Below, one piece after another: positions 39,001 through 64,000 of a DNA stretch of 64,000 nt. Each line of letters opens with the position of its first letter. The stretch's first letter is position 1. The notes beneath the pieces were generated by a model. The model made no database searches, had not been told where the DNA came from, and worked only from the letters and a program-made list of their open reading frames with translations. Source of the stretch: Phoronis australis (lineage: Eukaryota; Animalia; Phoronida); assembly GCA_002633005.1 (NCBI GenBank), contig NMRA01000068.1:947092-1011091 (forward strand), given 5' to 3'. A program made the position numbers and the translations under genes.

Positions 39001-40981
39001 CTCGCATTTTTGACGAGTTGAAAATATATTTGACAGTGGTGGCTCATCGTATTTTGCTGTCATGTGCAAGTCACATCTAGTTTAATTTGTTGATCAAGAA
39101 TATTAACAACAAACATAGCCATGTTTCTGGGAGTGAGGTACGGACTTGTCATTGATCTGCAAGAATGTTTGATGATATTAAATATAATTTTATTAAAACA
39201 AAAAACCAGGCTGGTAATTGAAACTTAAAATTATTTGACCACCAGTTTTGCTTTCTTGGTTTTAATAATTCTTACATCTAGTTCATGTGTTAGGTTTCAA
39301 ATATCAATCTGGACCAAGTTGAATTTTAAAATTAAAAAAACCAATTCGTTCGTCCAACGCATAACCTGAAAAAAGTAACCCATCTTGTTTTAGAGGTGAA
39401 TTTCAGTTAACTGGACAGAGCAAGCATAGTTATCATGTTTCTTCAGGGACCTCATTCATCCGAGGGAAAGGTAAGTGTGCCTTCTCAGAGGAGAATTTTT
39501 CGCCGAGAAGGGCGACACAGGAAATTTTCAATCACTTCAGGGAATTTTTATGCCTCGAAGGGGGGGAACTGAGGGTTCTGTCCTTTTTGGAAAGAAATGC
39601 ATCATGTTTCAACCCGTAATCACGAAAACAGCCTGGCAGGCCGAAGATTAACCAGTCGTTACTATGACGCTCGGCAAACAAGATGCGACAAAATGTGATC
39701 AAACTTCCGAAAAGATTTATCAATTTTACCCAGAAATATTTTCCTTTATCGTGACGTAAGGCAACGACCCAACGTTCTACATGCCAACGTCTTATGCAAG
39801 TTAAGGATTGTAAAAAAAGACACTTGAATGTCCGTATTTTTTCTATCGCCATTCGGGCAATGCAGAACGCAACTATGGTGATTAACCATTTAACAAAGCA
39901 ATTGTACTGAGCCTCGTTTTGGACCGCGCTTCTTGTCTGCGTGAATAAGGCGTATGCCTATTCCACATGGGATGCACCACGACAAGTCGAAAATCCGAGA
40001 ATGTGGCATTGTCTAGACTATGGCTAGCCTTGGTACAAAGCTGTATATGTAAACATACAGCTTTGCACCTATGTGGGTAAAAAAGTGGTAAGACAAAATC
40101 TGACACAAAATTGGTGTCATTAAAAACTACAGTCTTCCTTGAGTAAACTAAATTATTTAACAGTGTTGGAAAAAATGGCGTTCTACCGTTATTCTGCTGC
40201 TAAAGTTGTGGAGCGATCTTTAGCGATGGCTTTCGGCGCCATGAAATATTGCGTCACCTATTGGCCAGTTTATTTTTTCACTGATTCTTCAATCAACTGT
40301 TCTTCTTTCACGAGGTTGCGTACACGTCACAACAAATTATCGGAACTGGTTTCACTTCATTATGAGTTTTTAGAACTTTGATACCGAAAAACCGAATTTC
40401 AGAAGAAATTTGCTGCTGCCAAGCATCATCTCCTGAGAGATGTCGCAAAAATTTAGGAAATGGCGCGTGCGCGTGACACGAGCGTATTGATTTCAAAACG
40501 ACGACATACTTTTCATTATTAGAAAAGGTGGAGAGTTACCCAAGAAAATGACGTTTATTGCATTGTTTTTCACTTAAGACTTAAACGGTTGTAACAGGCA
40601 AGGTGAGTGTCGGTTGATTCCCAGATTTTGCATGCACCCTGTCCGGTCTTTAACTCTAAATATTTCACGACGCAGAGACGAGCAGAACCACCCTGGCTGT
40701 GTGCAATTTCGGGGTCTATGGAAGAAATACACACAGTGGTACCTAGCTGTATTTTGACGAGTCTTCATACAACTAGCTCGACAGTAGCTGGCTGGCTAGA
40801 AAGACAATATGGCCAGAGTTTACATTTTGATCAAGTTCAGACTATTTCATTGTGTTATGAGTCAGTCCGCACTTACCCTGGGTTTTCTATGAGTCACTGG
40901 GGCAAATCTAACGTTAAAACTATCAGCTATCACCACAGCTTGCAATGTGTCCTGTTGCTTTATGTCCTTCTTCGAGGCCAT
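9001..40981 (-). CDS. EIF2B5: Translation initiation factor eIF2B epsilon subunit (15 coding exons, 673 aa using one copy of exons 2-6)
   Basis: Exons (-): 40877-40981 ([35 protein letters not shown]), 26044-26168, 24989-25165, 22696-22870, 22037-22192 ([23 protein letters not shown]), 21085-21170, 20463-20582 (RWTYPIVP), 20209-20309, 18207-18352 (hexapeptide repeats), 17357-17672, 15719-15809 ([12 protein letters not shown]), 12272-12392, 11939-12019, 11395-11553, 9001-9063 ([17 protein letters not shown]). Total 2022 nt, in frame, all GT-AG. Confidence 0.95.
9280..9369. repeat. Short inverted repeat (MITE-like remnant)
   Basis: ggatataacgtgtctatattttgagaacc ... ggttctcaaaattcgggcatgttatatcc. 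Confidence 0.55.
12580..13680 (+). mobile_element. Non-autonomous Helentron/HINE (DINE-1-like) element with internal ~150-bp repeats
   Basis: 5' aacaagagc, subterminal atgcacccac (12605), cggac microsatellite, 3' hairpin atgcactcac/gtgggcgcat (13652-13675) followed by an A-run. Related heads at 10773, 25473 and 53636. Confidence 0.7.
14135..15577. mobile_element. Non-autonomous Tc1/mariner(pogo)-type DNA transposon, 1.44 kb
   Basis: TA-flanked TIRs ccgtattcgccttaataagcgccc / gggtgcttattagggcgaaaacgg. Confidence 0.8.
16030..17315 (+). mobile_element. Helentron/HINE-like element(s) with ~149-bp subunits in a ~446-bp higher-order repeat
   Basis: ccacta motifs at 16195, 16351, 16494, 16641, 16795, 16941; 3' hairpin ends ...ggtgcataaaaa (~17150) and ...gggcacataaaaa (~17315). 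Confidence 0.7.
18480..19610 (+). mobile_element. Degenerate copies of the same Helentron/HINE-like repeat
   Basis: Shared blocks cacctgccaaatttc, gatacagctgcaga and ccactagggg. Confidence 0.6.
19611..19775 (-). mobile_element. tRNA-derived SINE
   Basis: Reverse complement of the 56308-56515 family, with an internal deletion in the tRNA head. Confidence 0.75.
27633..35190 (-). CDS. EIF2B5: Second copy of EIF2B5 exons 2-6 (alternative haplotype or tandem duplicate)
   Basis: Intact exons 35066-35190, 32872-33048, 30292-30466, 29651-29806, 27633-27718 with the same lengths and splice sites as the 21085-26168 set. Confidence 0.88.
28646..29180 (+). mobile_element. Solo-LTR-like sequence with heat-shock elements and TATA box
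   Basis: Candidate TG...CA ends, nGAAn arrays at 28812-28907 and TATAAATA at 28921. No TSD found, so boundaries are uncertain. Confidence 0.45.
28812..28928 (+). promoter_or_regulatory. Cluster of heat-shock elements upstream of a TATA box
   Basis: TTCcaGAAatTTCtaGAA (28857-28874), GAAagTTCtaGAA (28895-28907), GAAcaTTCtaGAG (28812-28824), TATAAATA 28921-28928. Confidence 0.65.
32089..32440. repeat. 44-bp minisatellite x8 (single unit in the other copy at ~24508-24555)
   Basis: Unit gagttcactgcacgattcaccgttcatctatactcagtagtact at 32089 + 44n. Confidence 0.97.
33800..34566 (-). mobile_element. Helentron/HINE-like element, reverse orientation, copy B only
   Basis: gtccatccgtc/gtctgtctgtc microsatellite, tgaaatttgg blocks, terminus gggcgcataccaacattcttgtt. 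Confidence 0.6.
35918..36314. mobile_element. MITE (truncated by the gap in copy A at 26898-27126)
   Basis: TA-flanked TIRs ccagggttttccgtagataagcccat / atgggctcatctacggaaaatcccgg. Confidence 0.75.
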
Positions 40982-41199
40982 GTTTGTTAGACTACTTTGA
41001 GCTCGACTGATAGGTAGTTAAGAACAGGTTTTGTTTATACAGCATATCATTTGGCACTAACTTTACTCTTTCCAACTGAAAATATAAAGAATTAATACAA
41101 CGTTTTTTACAATCTACTTGGAATGCTAAAGCATGTTTTTTTGAATGCCAAAAGTTTAACCATAGAGGGCTTAACGACCCCTAACAAAAATGAACTCTT

Positions 41200-41275
41200 C
41201 AAAATGGCAGCGCCCTGTTAGAAGCTTGGCACCCCTAGCGGCGAAAGAATGAGACTGCATTGGAATGACGTCATC
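41200..41275. promoter_or_regulatory. Candidate EIF2B5 proximal promoter motifs
   Basis: CpG-enriched, 220-290 bp upstream of the ATG; aaaatggc (YY1-like), gcacccctagcgg (CTCF-like) and TGACGTCA CRE at 41266-41273. Confidence 0.3.
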
Positions 41276-41474
41276 GTGCTAACACAGTTGTCCGGCCGAC
41301 GGTCACTGGCCAGGCCCTCTAGACAGGAGGTCGGAATCGAAAGATCGGAAAACTTAATGACAAATATTTGTGAATTACACGAAGGCGATATTTTCGATGT
41401 TTTTATAACCATAAACACTTCTATTTGTCCCAAAAATCGAAGAATAGTATTTCGTTTGGAAAATGTAAGTTCGC

Positions 41475-42539
41475 CGGGGATTCCGTACATAAGTCCACCC
41501 GATGAAACGCCCATGGGCGTTTATTCGGAAAATTATGATAAATACACGCTTATGGGCATTTACTTGGTGTTACAGCTTGTGGTGTCAATTTTATAGACAG
41601 TGGGACGTTTATTTGGAAATTTTCCTCTTAAGCCCACTCAAAGGCGTCATCACTCCCCAAATTTCAGTTCTCTCGAGCCACGGAACCAGGACACTGTGGC
41701 ATCTCATTCAACGTCAAGGCGGATGAGTTTGCAGGCATCGCAGAACCAATTGCCTACCTGCTCCTCACACCAGCAGAGTGTAATCTAGTCCAGAGTGCGC
41801 CGTGAATCGCCCCTTGAAGATTGTACAAGAGCAGCGAGAGATGCCGGCAACACTAAAGCGCCTCATAGAGCGAGGATGGCAATACGGAGATGCAGCAAAA
41901 ACTCGTATCAAGAGAAAAGATCTAAGAGTGTGTAACCAGCACGAACTTGGTTGCATCTCCAAATTTACACTGCGAGCAATACTGGAGGAAGAACGGCCAG
42001 AGACTATCCCTAGCTGTGCCTACCCTCTGACGTCACCACAGAAACAGAAACAGAAGCAGAAAAAAAGGCGTTGACGAACTATGCATTTGTTAACAAAAAA
42101 ATTAAAAACGCAGTTTTAAGTCATCGTAAAATTGCCGTGAGGACTTGACAGGGACCTCAGGGGACTCACACTCCACTGATTTATCCACATTATTTTGAAA
42201 ACGCTTTGCCCAGTCAAACATTGTGTGTCATAAAAGAGATAAGCATACCAGCAGCTGACGCAGCAAGTAGAACTACTCTCGTTTATTATGTAGACTCACA
42301 GTTGAACTGTGGTTTTCTGTAGACCCCAAGACCGTCCCGAGTTACACCATATACCATCTCCGGACGGTCTCTCACGACGATTAAGCGTTATGTAAAAAAG
42401 TGTTAAGTCAAGCAAAACTATGGCTTTCCGTTTACACGCCCTCTTTTCCGAATAAACGTCCGTTTGGTGTTGCTAAAACGCCTGAAAATTTTCATTTTCC
42501 GAATACAAGCCCATAGACTTATCTATGGAAATTCCCGGT
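41475..42539 (+). mobile_element. Longer member of the 35918-36314 TIR family carrying a THAP-domain-like remnant
   Basis: TIRs ccggggattccgtacataagtc / gacttatctatggaaattcccgg; ORF 41802-42074 has W...RVCNQH...PETIPS resembling the THAP C-terminal signature. Internal part repeated at ~43820-44120. Confidence 0.55.
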
Positions 42540-45500
42540 GCGAAAGTCGGATGTGCCGATGATGATGATCATGTGCACGCTACCTCTGAATAGAACCAGA
42601 AATCACTTTAACACGAATAACATGTGAAAGGTTCTGAGGTGTGCCGCAAGCTCCGCCCCGGCGCTCTCCCTGTTGCCCATCAACTTAGTACAAATGTCTG
42701 TGGATATCTCAGTCGGGAACTTATCATAGTAGTATCATACCCAGGTGTGCCAAATTGTGGATTTGTAAAAATATTTAGCAACTCATAGCCTACTAACCGG
42801 CAATTAAATCACAATGTGCTGTGTATATGCTTTGGCATACTATCTTTTGTTGCCATGAGTGATGTCCTGACATGTCAAGGTTACCTGCACACTCAGGCAA
42901 GCCACTTTGCATGTTACTGTGCGTGCATCTACGGAAATCGACTTTTTGTGAGATTTTTTGACTATTGCCCAAGTGTAGGTGACTTTTGACGTAGGCTGAA
43001 GTGTGGAAAGTTTCTATCATCCTACCCCAAATTGTAAGGCGATTTGTCAGTGACAAATAACTCTGTCTATGAATTTGTTGTTTCGGTCGGGTGAATTTTG
43101 ACACCGTGCACTATACTTCGACAAAACTCTCAGGGCTAATGTTCACTCTACTGTTAAACTTGTTAGACTTGGCTGCTGAATATTTGTCGCAATAATTAAA
43201 TAGAGTTTGTTGGAGTTTAATGTGACGTCATCTCGCTAGCTGTATAGTTATTGGGCCCGCTGCTCATTAAAAGTCGCAATTTCGATAACGGGACCAACAG
43301 CTGGCCCAGCAGGAGTTTAGTCAGCATCAGTTCAGTGAAAAGGATTCTGGTGAATAGGATTTTTAGTCACGGTTTTGTGGTGCCAAAACTTGTAGAATTT
43401 CCACGTTGTCCAGTTTATTTTGAAACTATTGCATATTGTGGCGGCGACCGCGGCGGGGTAAACTTCGACACGAAAACGGTTTATTTCTGCATCGGTACTT
43501 TTTATAATTTTGTCTACACATAAAATACTCACAAATTCAATTTCGACGACCAATTTTAGACAGATTTGTAGTAAGCCTAAAGTAAGCAACTATTGCTACT
43601 TTTCATGTAATTATTTCATTGTCTAAAACGTGAACGACCATCATTCTTTCGCTGTTAATACTTTCGCACCATGGGGCTGCGCCGCCCATGCGGTCTATGG
43701 GCGGTGCGCCACAGGAAGGCTGGAGGCTTTAGCCGCCACTTTTTTCAGTGCTGCGCCGCCCATTCGTCAGTCACTTATAGCCAGGCCCTGGCGACGGAGT
43801 AAAATCAAATACTGAAGTTTATGGCGTGTATGAAGAGGAAGTACACATCTAATCATAACGTAGAATTGCCGAGAGGACTTTACTGGGACCTCAGGGGTCT
43901 CACATCCCACTGGTTTATGTACAGTAATTTGAAAAAGCGTTGCCCAGTCACACATTTTGTGTCATAAAAGGGATCCTGCAGCTAACGCGGCAAGTACAAC
44001 TACTCTCGTTTATCACACTGGTGTAGGCTCACAGAAGAACTGTGATCATCTGTTGAGCCCAGACCGTCCGGAGTTGCACCATATTCCAACTCCGGACGAT
44101 CACTCACGACAATTTAGCGTTATGCTTTTTTTGCAATACGTGTTGGTCACATCACCTGGTAAATTATGCCAATGAATGGGAATATCAATGGATTAAAAGG
44201 GGCTCGTGTCTGACTCATGCATCTGACAGGCTTTTAAGCAACGATACCTTTAAGCAAAAGCAATGTCACGTCGGAAACTATGTTTCTTTGTCATCGCATG
44301 CAAGCCCGATAATGAATCTACAACACCGACAATGAACCCATCTTTTCTAATTCTTGGAGTCTTGACATCCACATATATCAACAGGCCCGTAGAATGTAAA
44401 CCTTGTAAGAGGCGGGGTGCACAAAATAATTCGACAAAAATGTAGAAACTTTTGACGTTATTTTCATTTTGCGCCGATCGACATGTCTTGAGAGTTAAAC
44501 TCACCAAACATGAATAAACTGTGCCTCTTTTACACGTATCATTGTCTTTCATTTTTCCACTGCCCCTGTGCGGCCCCAACTAATTAAAACAGTAGTTAAT
44601 TGTCTCTGAGCTTTATATACTTGTCAGCGCTCAGCAAATAACGGACCATGTGTTTTTCAATATGACCCAAAAAGGAAAAGAAAAATGCAACAAATTCGGC
44701 TTTAAACCTCAGGAGAGCAAAGCATATTCAATGCAAAGTTCCTGATTTAACATATTTTCGCTGTACTCACTTGGCTTAAAGGGTTGTAGTTTGCGCACAT
44801 ATAAGATAGTAAATGGCATGCTGAAAACATTGACAATTATTCAAAAATCCAAACTGTTTATTTTTCAACTCCCATCTTACTATAGCAGCGTTCTAAACAA
44901 CCTATTTTGACTTAATTGTTAATATCTTGAGTTTGAATTTTGCCATGACAAGTTAGGGCTACTCGCCTCAAGTTTAAAGTATTGAGAGATTAGTCATTTC
45001 TTAATCAAATTCCAAACTCTCAACCATATGAACATGCAATTTTGAAGGCATACATGAATTTTGTTAATCAAGTTGAGTTTGAATTTCTGTAATGAAGAAC
45101 ACTGTGTAGTAGGGTGCCATGAAATGACAAAACCGGATTTCAGTTGTGCAGTGCTAAACTAAAACCAAATTAAGGATCAAATTGACAAGTAAGGCTTCAT
45201 AAAATTCCATCTTTATTACAAGTACTTGAGTTTCACAACTTTCATTGAATTGTATAATCAAGAGAATATTCATTTCCTTGAAGTCAATGGAAGCTGCGAA
45301 ACCTCGAGTACTTGTGTTTTAAGTAATAAAACTGGAATTTTATAAAACCCTGATCATCAATTTTATGCTCATGTGATGGCCAAAAGTGAACATAATAAAA
45401 CCAAATTGTCATTTACACAATAACTAAAAATCATATAAATCCAGGAGCAATCATTAGTTTAAAACATGGGAAACACTAGAAGCAACTCTGGCAACAACTG

Positions 45501-45704
45501 GGAGCCAGTGGAGTACATTATGGGCAGGCATCTCTCAAATATTATCCCACTGAAATCGGTCTACTAGTTCAGTTGAAATCAACTGGAAATTTGGAAATCG
45601 GCAGACGGATGACGTGGGTGTCAAACAACATTAGGCGATGATGTGAAGTAGACATTTAGTACCAACAAACTATTTTCACAGCAGGATTACTAGACTACAG
45701 GTTT

Positions 45705-45755
45705 CAACAACACGCATGCACACATGCACGCACACACACACACACAAACACAAAC
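45705..45755. repeat. (CA)n-type microsatellite
   Basis: cacacacacacacaca run. Confidence 0.85.
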
Positions 45756-46002
45756 TCATTCCTGACCTTTTCCATACTGATAACAGAGGTCACAAGCTGT
45801 CTGTTTTGTAAATTTCACACAAAACTGGTTCTGTAAACTACTCTTTTTTGTTAGATAATTTCCATGGAGATAAAACCAAATTCTTTAGCTCACAGTAACA
45901 CTTTCCTCATAACTTTGCCAAAAAAGGTTAATGTGGACAAAGGTGGTCAGACTCATTCACATACAATTAATAGATTGCCAAAAATGTTACCCATGAAGGA
46001 CG

Positions 46003-46157
46003 ATTTTGTGCACACTTCACACTAAATGCCTATAAAAGGGCCACTTCAAAAGTGAACACTGAGCACTCACTAAATACCTTTAAAAGGATCATGTTGTTTG
46101 AACACTGCTCACTACATACCTTTAAAAAGATCATTTTGTGAACACTTCTCACTAAAT
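46003..46157. repeat. Degenerate ~43-bp tandem repeat, ~4 copies, downstream of MSL2
   Basis: tgaacactgctcactaaatacctttaaaaggatcat-like units. Confidence 0.7.
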
Positions 46158-46301
46158 CTAATCCCATCAGTTGACAAATGTGTTCAAATAACATACCGTT
46201 TGTACTTAGATGTTAGCTGTTTGGTATAAACTTACCAATCATCACGAAAGACGTTTTAGAAAGTAAGTTTATGTTCAAACGATTTTATGGGAGGACATGT
46301 T

Positions 46302-46731
46302 CAAGGTACCTAAACTACGCAGTCAATGGACTCATAAACATGATTCACGGACCTGCAAACACCGTCCACTGACTCACAAACACGGGAACGGACTGACAAA
46401 ACACGATCCACGCACCCAAATACACCGGACACGGACTCATATTCACGAGGAAACACGGTTAACGGACCGCCAAACACAGTTTACGGACAAAATGAAGATG
46501 TCAGCTGACCCAGGAAGCCGACGAGTCCGTGATCCGTGTTTGGCGGTCCGTTAACCGTTTTTCCTCGTGAATATGAGTCCGTGTCCCGTGTATTTGGGTG
46601 CGTGGATCGTGTTTTGTGAGTCCGTTCCCGTGTTTGTTAGTCAGTAGATGGTGTTTGCAAGTCCGTGAGTCGTGTTCATGCGTCTGTGTCCATGTTTATG
46701 AGTCCGTTGACCGTGTAGTTTAGGTATCTTG
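46302..46731. mobile_element. Foldback/MITE, 430 bp, ~190-bp inverted arms
   Basis: caaggtacctaaactac... / ...gtagtttaggtatcttg; arms complementary along nearly their full length; ATGTT direct repeat on both flanks. Confidence 0.9.
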
Positions 46732-46784
46732 ATGTTCAAAATCAGCTTTCACTCACTACAAACTGTACAAATACATAACTACAA

Positions 46785-48017
46785 CTAGACAACAGTGATC
46801 TCCAGATCTTCATCCGTCAGAGCCAGAGGCTCAATTTTAACCGCAACCTTGTATGGATTCCTGCAGCCCCGACAACAACAGTCAGCACACGCTAGTCTAG
46901 TGCTGTAACATGGACAACGCTGGCCATAGCAAGTCAACTTTCCAGGATTTGCAGTTGCATTACCACAACGACAACCTTTCTTGTCTTTGTCTATCTTCTT
47001 TCTCTTTGGACTTTTTGCTTTTGAATCACCGTCAGATGTGGAGGTAGATGTAACAGAATTCAAATGAATACCATTGTTCATCAGCTGAGACTGGTTGTCT
47101 AAACTTTGATCAATCTCCAGAGGCAATGCAGGAGGTCCGTATGCATTACCTAGCAAATTTGCATATGTATTGTAGCTTTTATTGAGGGAATTAGTAGCAT
47201 TACTTTCTGCACCACAGATATCTGAGTCTACCTGCATTGCACGTGTGTTCTTTTTTGATCCTGTGACTTTTGCACTACCTTTCTTTTTTGCAGACACTTT
47301 CATTTTCTTTGCATATTTAGTACACTCTGTGTCACTAACGTTGCAAGTTGCCGATGAAATATTTCTGTCTTGAACTTGAGATTGAATATGTTGTGTAGGT
47401 TTGATAGCATAGTCATGCATGACTGTATGCAGCTGAGTTTCAGAAATAACAGGCGACACTGAGCTTCTAGTATCCGTACTACATGACACTTGCCGTTGGG
47501 TTTCAGGGTTATCTTGACCAGCAATAGATGGCGCTCGAGACAATACTGGTGGTGGTAAACTCAAGTTGGAATTAACAGAGGAATCCAGAATGTCCTCATC
47601 TGGCACAGCAAGTCCTTCTTGAACAATAGTCAGGATATTATTAGTTCCACCATTTATTGTAGTGGACGTTATGGCTTGAAATGATGGTGACGAAGCAATG
47701 AAGTGACACATCTTTTTGAAGCATTTCACCAACAAGCCCAAAAGCTGGTTTTCTTCAAACTGTTCAAAATCCTTACACCAACTGCAGCTTGGCTTGGTGC
47801 GCATTTTCCCACCAACGCAGTCCTTGCAACAATGATGCGAACATGCCGATTCCACGGGACCCATTGGTTGATGGACAACATTGAAACAGACATAACACGA
47901 CAAACTTTGTCTCAAAAACGGAAGAAATCTGTACAATTCTTCCCATTCACGAGGTTCTCGATAATTTGCTTGCATCACATATCTGCACGTAGTAATGTAC
48001 AGCTGCATTGGATTCAT
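46785..48017 (-). CDS. MSL2: Male-specific lethal 2 homolog, E3 ubiquitin ligase (N-terminal RING, C-terminal CXC); single coding exon, 410 aa
   Basis: MNPMQLY..LRQSLSCYVC..CSHHCCKDC..KPSCSWCKD..FEEN..L RING region and KKGCRCGNATANPGKLTCYGQRCPCYSTRLACADCCCRGCRNP CXC match MSL2 from recall. Confidence 0.95.
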   Translation of the reverse strand: MNPMQLYITTCRYVMQANYREPREWEELYRFLPFLRQSLSCYVCFNVVHQPMGPVESACSHHCCKDCVGGKMRTKPSCSWCKDFEQFEENQLLGLLVKCFKKMCHFIASSPSFQAITSTTINGGTNNILTIVQEGLAVPDEDILDSSVNSNLSLPPPVLSRAPSIAGQDNPETQRQVSCSTDTRSSVSPVISETQLHTVMHDYAIKPTQHIQSQVQDRNISSATCNVSDTECTKYAKKMKVSAKKKGSAKVTGSKKNTRAMQVDSDICGAESNATNSLNKSYNTYANLLGNAYGPPALPLEIDQSLDNQSQLMNNGIHLNSVTSTSTSDGDSKAKSPKRKKIDKDKKGCRCGNATANPGKLTCYGQRCPCYSTRLACADCCCRGCRNPYKVAVKIEPLALTDEDLEITVV

Positions 48018-48371
48018 ACTTTGTCACTGAAAGCATCCAGAGGACGCCCAAATCCTTTTATTTTCTTGAGAATTTTATACGGAAGTGGGTAGTACGTCAC
48101 ACAACACATGCTTTGATGACACTGAATAAGTCGTGTACACAATAAAGACATTCAAGATCGATAACTCTAAATTTAGTAATCTTTTCTGCCTATTACTTGG
48201 AAGTTTACTGTAAAAGTTTGCTTAAGAATTAAAATTTATACACAGTGAATTACAATTATTGGCAAATTCAACGAATATTATTATATTTATTTAAAAGAAA
48301 TTATCGATATTTAATGTCTTCTGTTATTGACTTCCTCGTGAATGATCGACAGTGTTCGGAGGGTTCTCAAG
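48018..48371. promoter_or_regulatory. Candidate bidirectional promoter MSL2/AMMECR1
   Basis: 354 bp between divergent ATGs; ETS-like acggaagt and half-CRE acgtca at ~48079-48100. Confidence 0.55.
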
Positions 48372-62802
<14,431 letters not shown>

Positions 62803-64000
62803 TGAATGTCCATACAACCACACAGGTCTGTCAAGTCATGTGACTTCATTATCTCTCATGCTCTTTTCCCTGTTTCTCATTGGTTTATTAGCATTCGTCA
62901 TCACTTTTTGTGGCTAGTCAAGACCTGTTGCCTGGCCAATCTCATGCAAGGTTGGTAATTGTCGGATTATTAAACCTAGCTGTAAGAAAACGAACATTGA
63001 AAGTTTTGGTTGCCAGTGATTGTAAAGGATTTGACAGCATTAAGTGCCAGTGTAAATGGTGGTATGTAGGGAATCAGCACTAGCTGGTCTTGCCTATCCT
63101 GACTCTATAGAACCATTTTGACTCAGAGATAAATATCACAGTCATATTCAGCTTCTTTAAGACACCTGAGACTATTTAAGTTTGTTACAAGGTATAACAT
63201 TCTGTTTTTAAAAACAACTTGGCATTAGGTTATGATGTAGGGCTAAACTTCAGGTAGATTTCGAAGTGGATTGGCTTACAATATTTTAAATTCTTGTTGA
63301 TTATATTTGTAAAATTAGTGTTATGAAGAATTTAGAATACCCTGCAATGGTAATTAAAAATAGTGACATAAGAAACTGTGATTTCTCTTTCAGAAATAAG
63401 TTTTTGGTGTATCTGAATTTAGGTGTGCCAAATATTGATTTAGCAACATTTGGCTTAATATGTTACGTTTCACTCTAAAATAATGTTTTAAATAGGAGAT
63501 ATTTTGTTCATTGTAGTACCTGTGAGTGCTCTCGCAGGTCAAAGCTGCTGCAGATATCCGTACTAATTCTTCCTACAGTTTGACCTTGTGCATTTCAGTG
63601 TTGGGCTATTCACTGTAGATTGCGTGGCGTGCCTGTGAGCTCGATTTGTTACTTTTAGCTATACAGAGCCATAGCAGTACCCACAGTATGCATTATTACA
63701 GTGCCACTCATTTGCCACAATGCTACACATTTTTTTACCATTGTTCATTGCTGCCTTGTTTATTGTGATTTTGCATCTGAAGCTAGTAAAGTTTTAATGT
63801 TGCATACCAACTAGTTGCAATTCTTTTAAAATGTGATTAGTAGATTGTTATGTGATCCCTTTGCTTTTTTACTCAGACTAAAATCTAAAGTATGTTAGGG
63901 ACCTAAACTTTGGAAAGTAGGTCAATCATTACATTTTTCTACCTCTATAAAAGGAAAGTTGATTTCAGACTGTTACTGTTGGGACCTGCATTATATTGCG

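Noticed and set aside
47182-48092. Plus-strand ORFs opposite MSL2, and similar antisense ORFs at 24989 and 32872
   Set aside because: They are shadow frames of real exons with no independent protein signature.

Overview
Intron-rich, AT-rich animal genomic DNA; the repeat content suggests a marine invertebrate such as a mollusc (inference). Four conserved genes were reconstructed by hand with GT-AG junctions. MCTS1 (+, exons 2-6; the first exon is outside the window) is convergent with EIF2B5/eIF2B-epsilon (-, 15 coding exons, 673 aa). An intronless MSL2 (-, RING + CXC) lies head-to-head with AMMECR1 (+, 5 exons, 231 aa), with only 354 bp between start codons. EIF2B5 exons 2-6 occur twice, on either side of a single N at 27127, most likely two haplotypes assembled in tandem. 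Introns hold many transposon remnants: TcMar-type MITEs, Helentron/HINE-like elements, a tRNA-SINE, CR1/L2-like and RNase H-bearing LINEs, a Penelope GIY-YIG remnant and a THAP remnant. The best leads are CTCF-consensus motif arrays at ~149-bp spacing carried by a Helentron-like repeat, an HSE+TATA LTR-like promoter present in only one EIF2B5 copy, a natural Ser-to-Asp change at the eIF2B-epsilon GSK3 site, and a 430-bp foldback just past the MSL2 stop. No CRISPR or prokaryotic-type system is present, and I cannot demonstrate a wholly new system from sequence alone.
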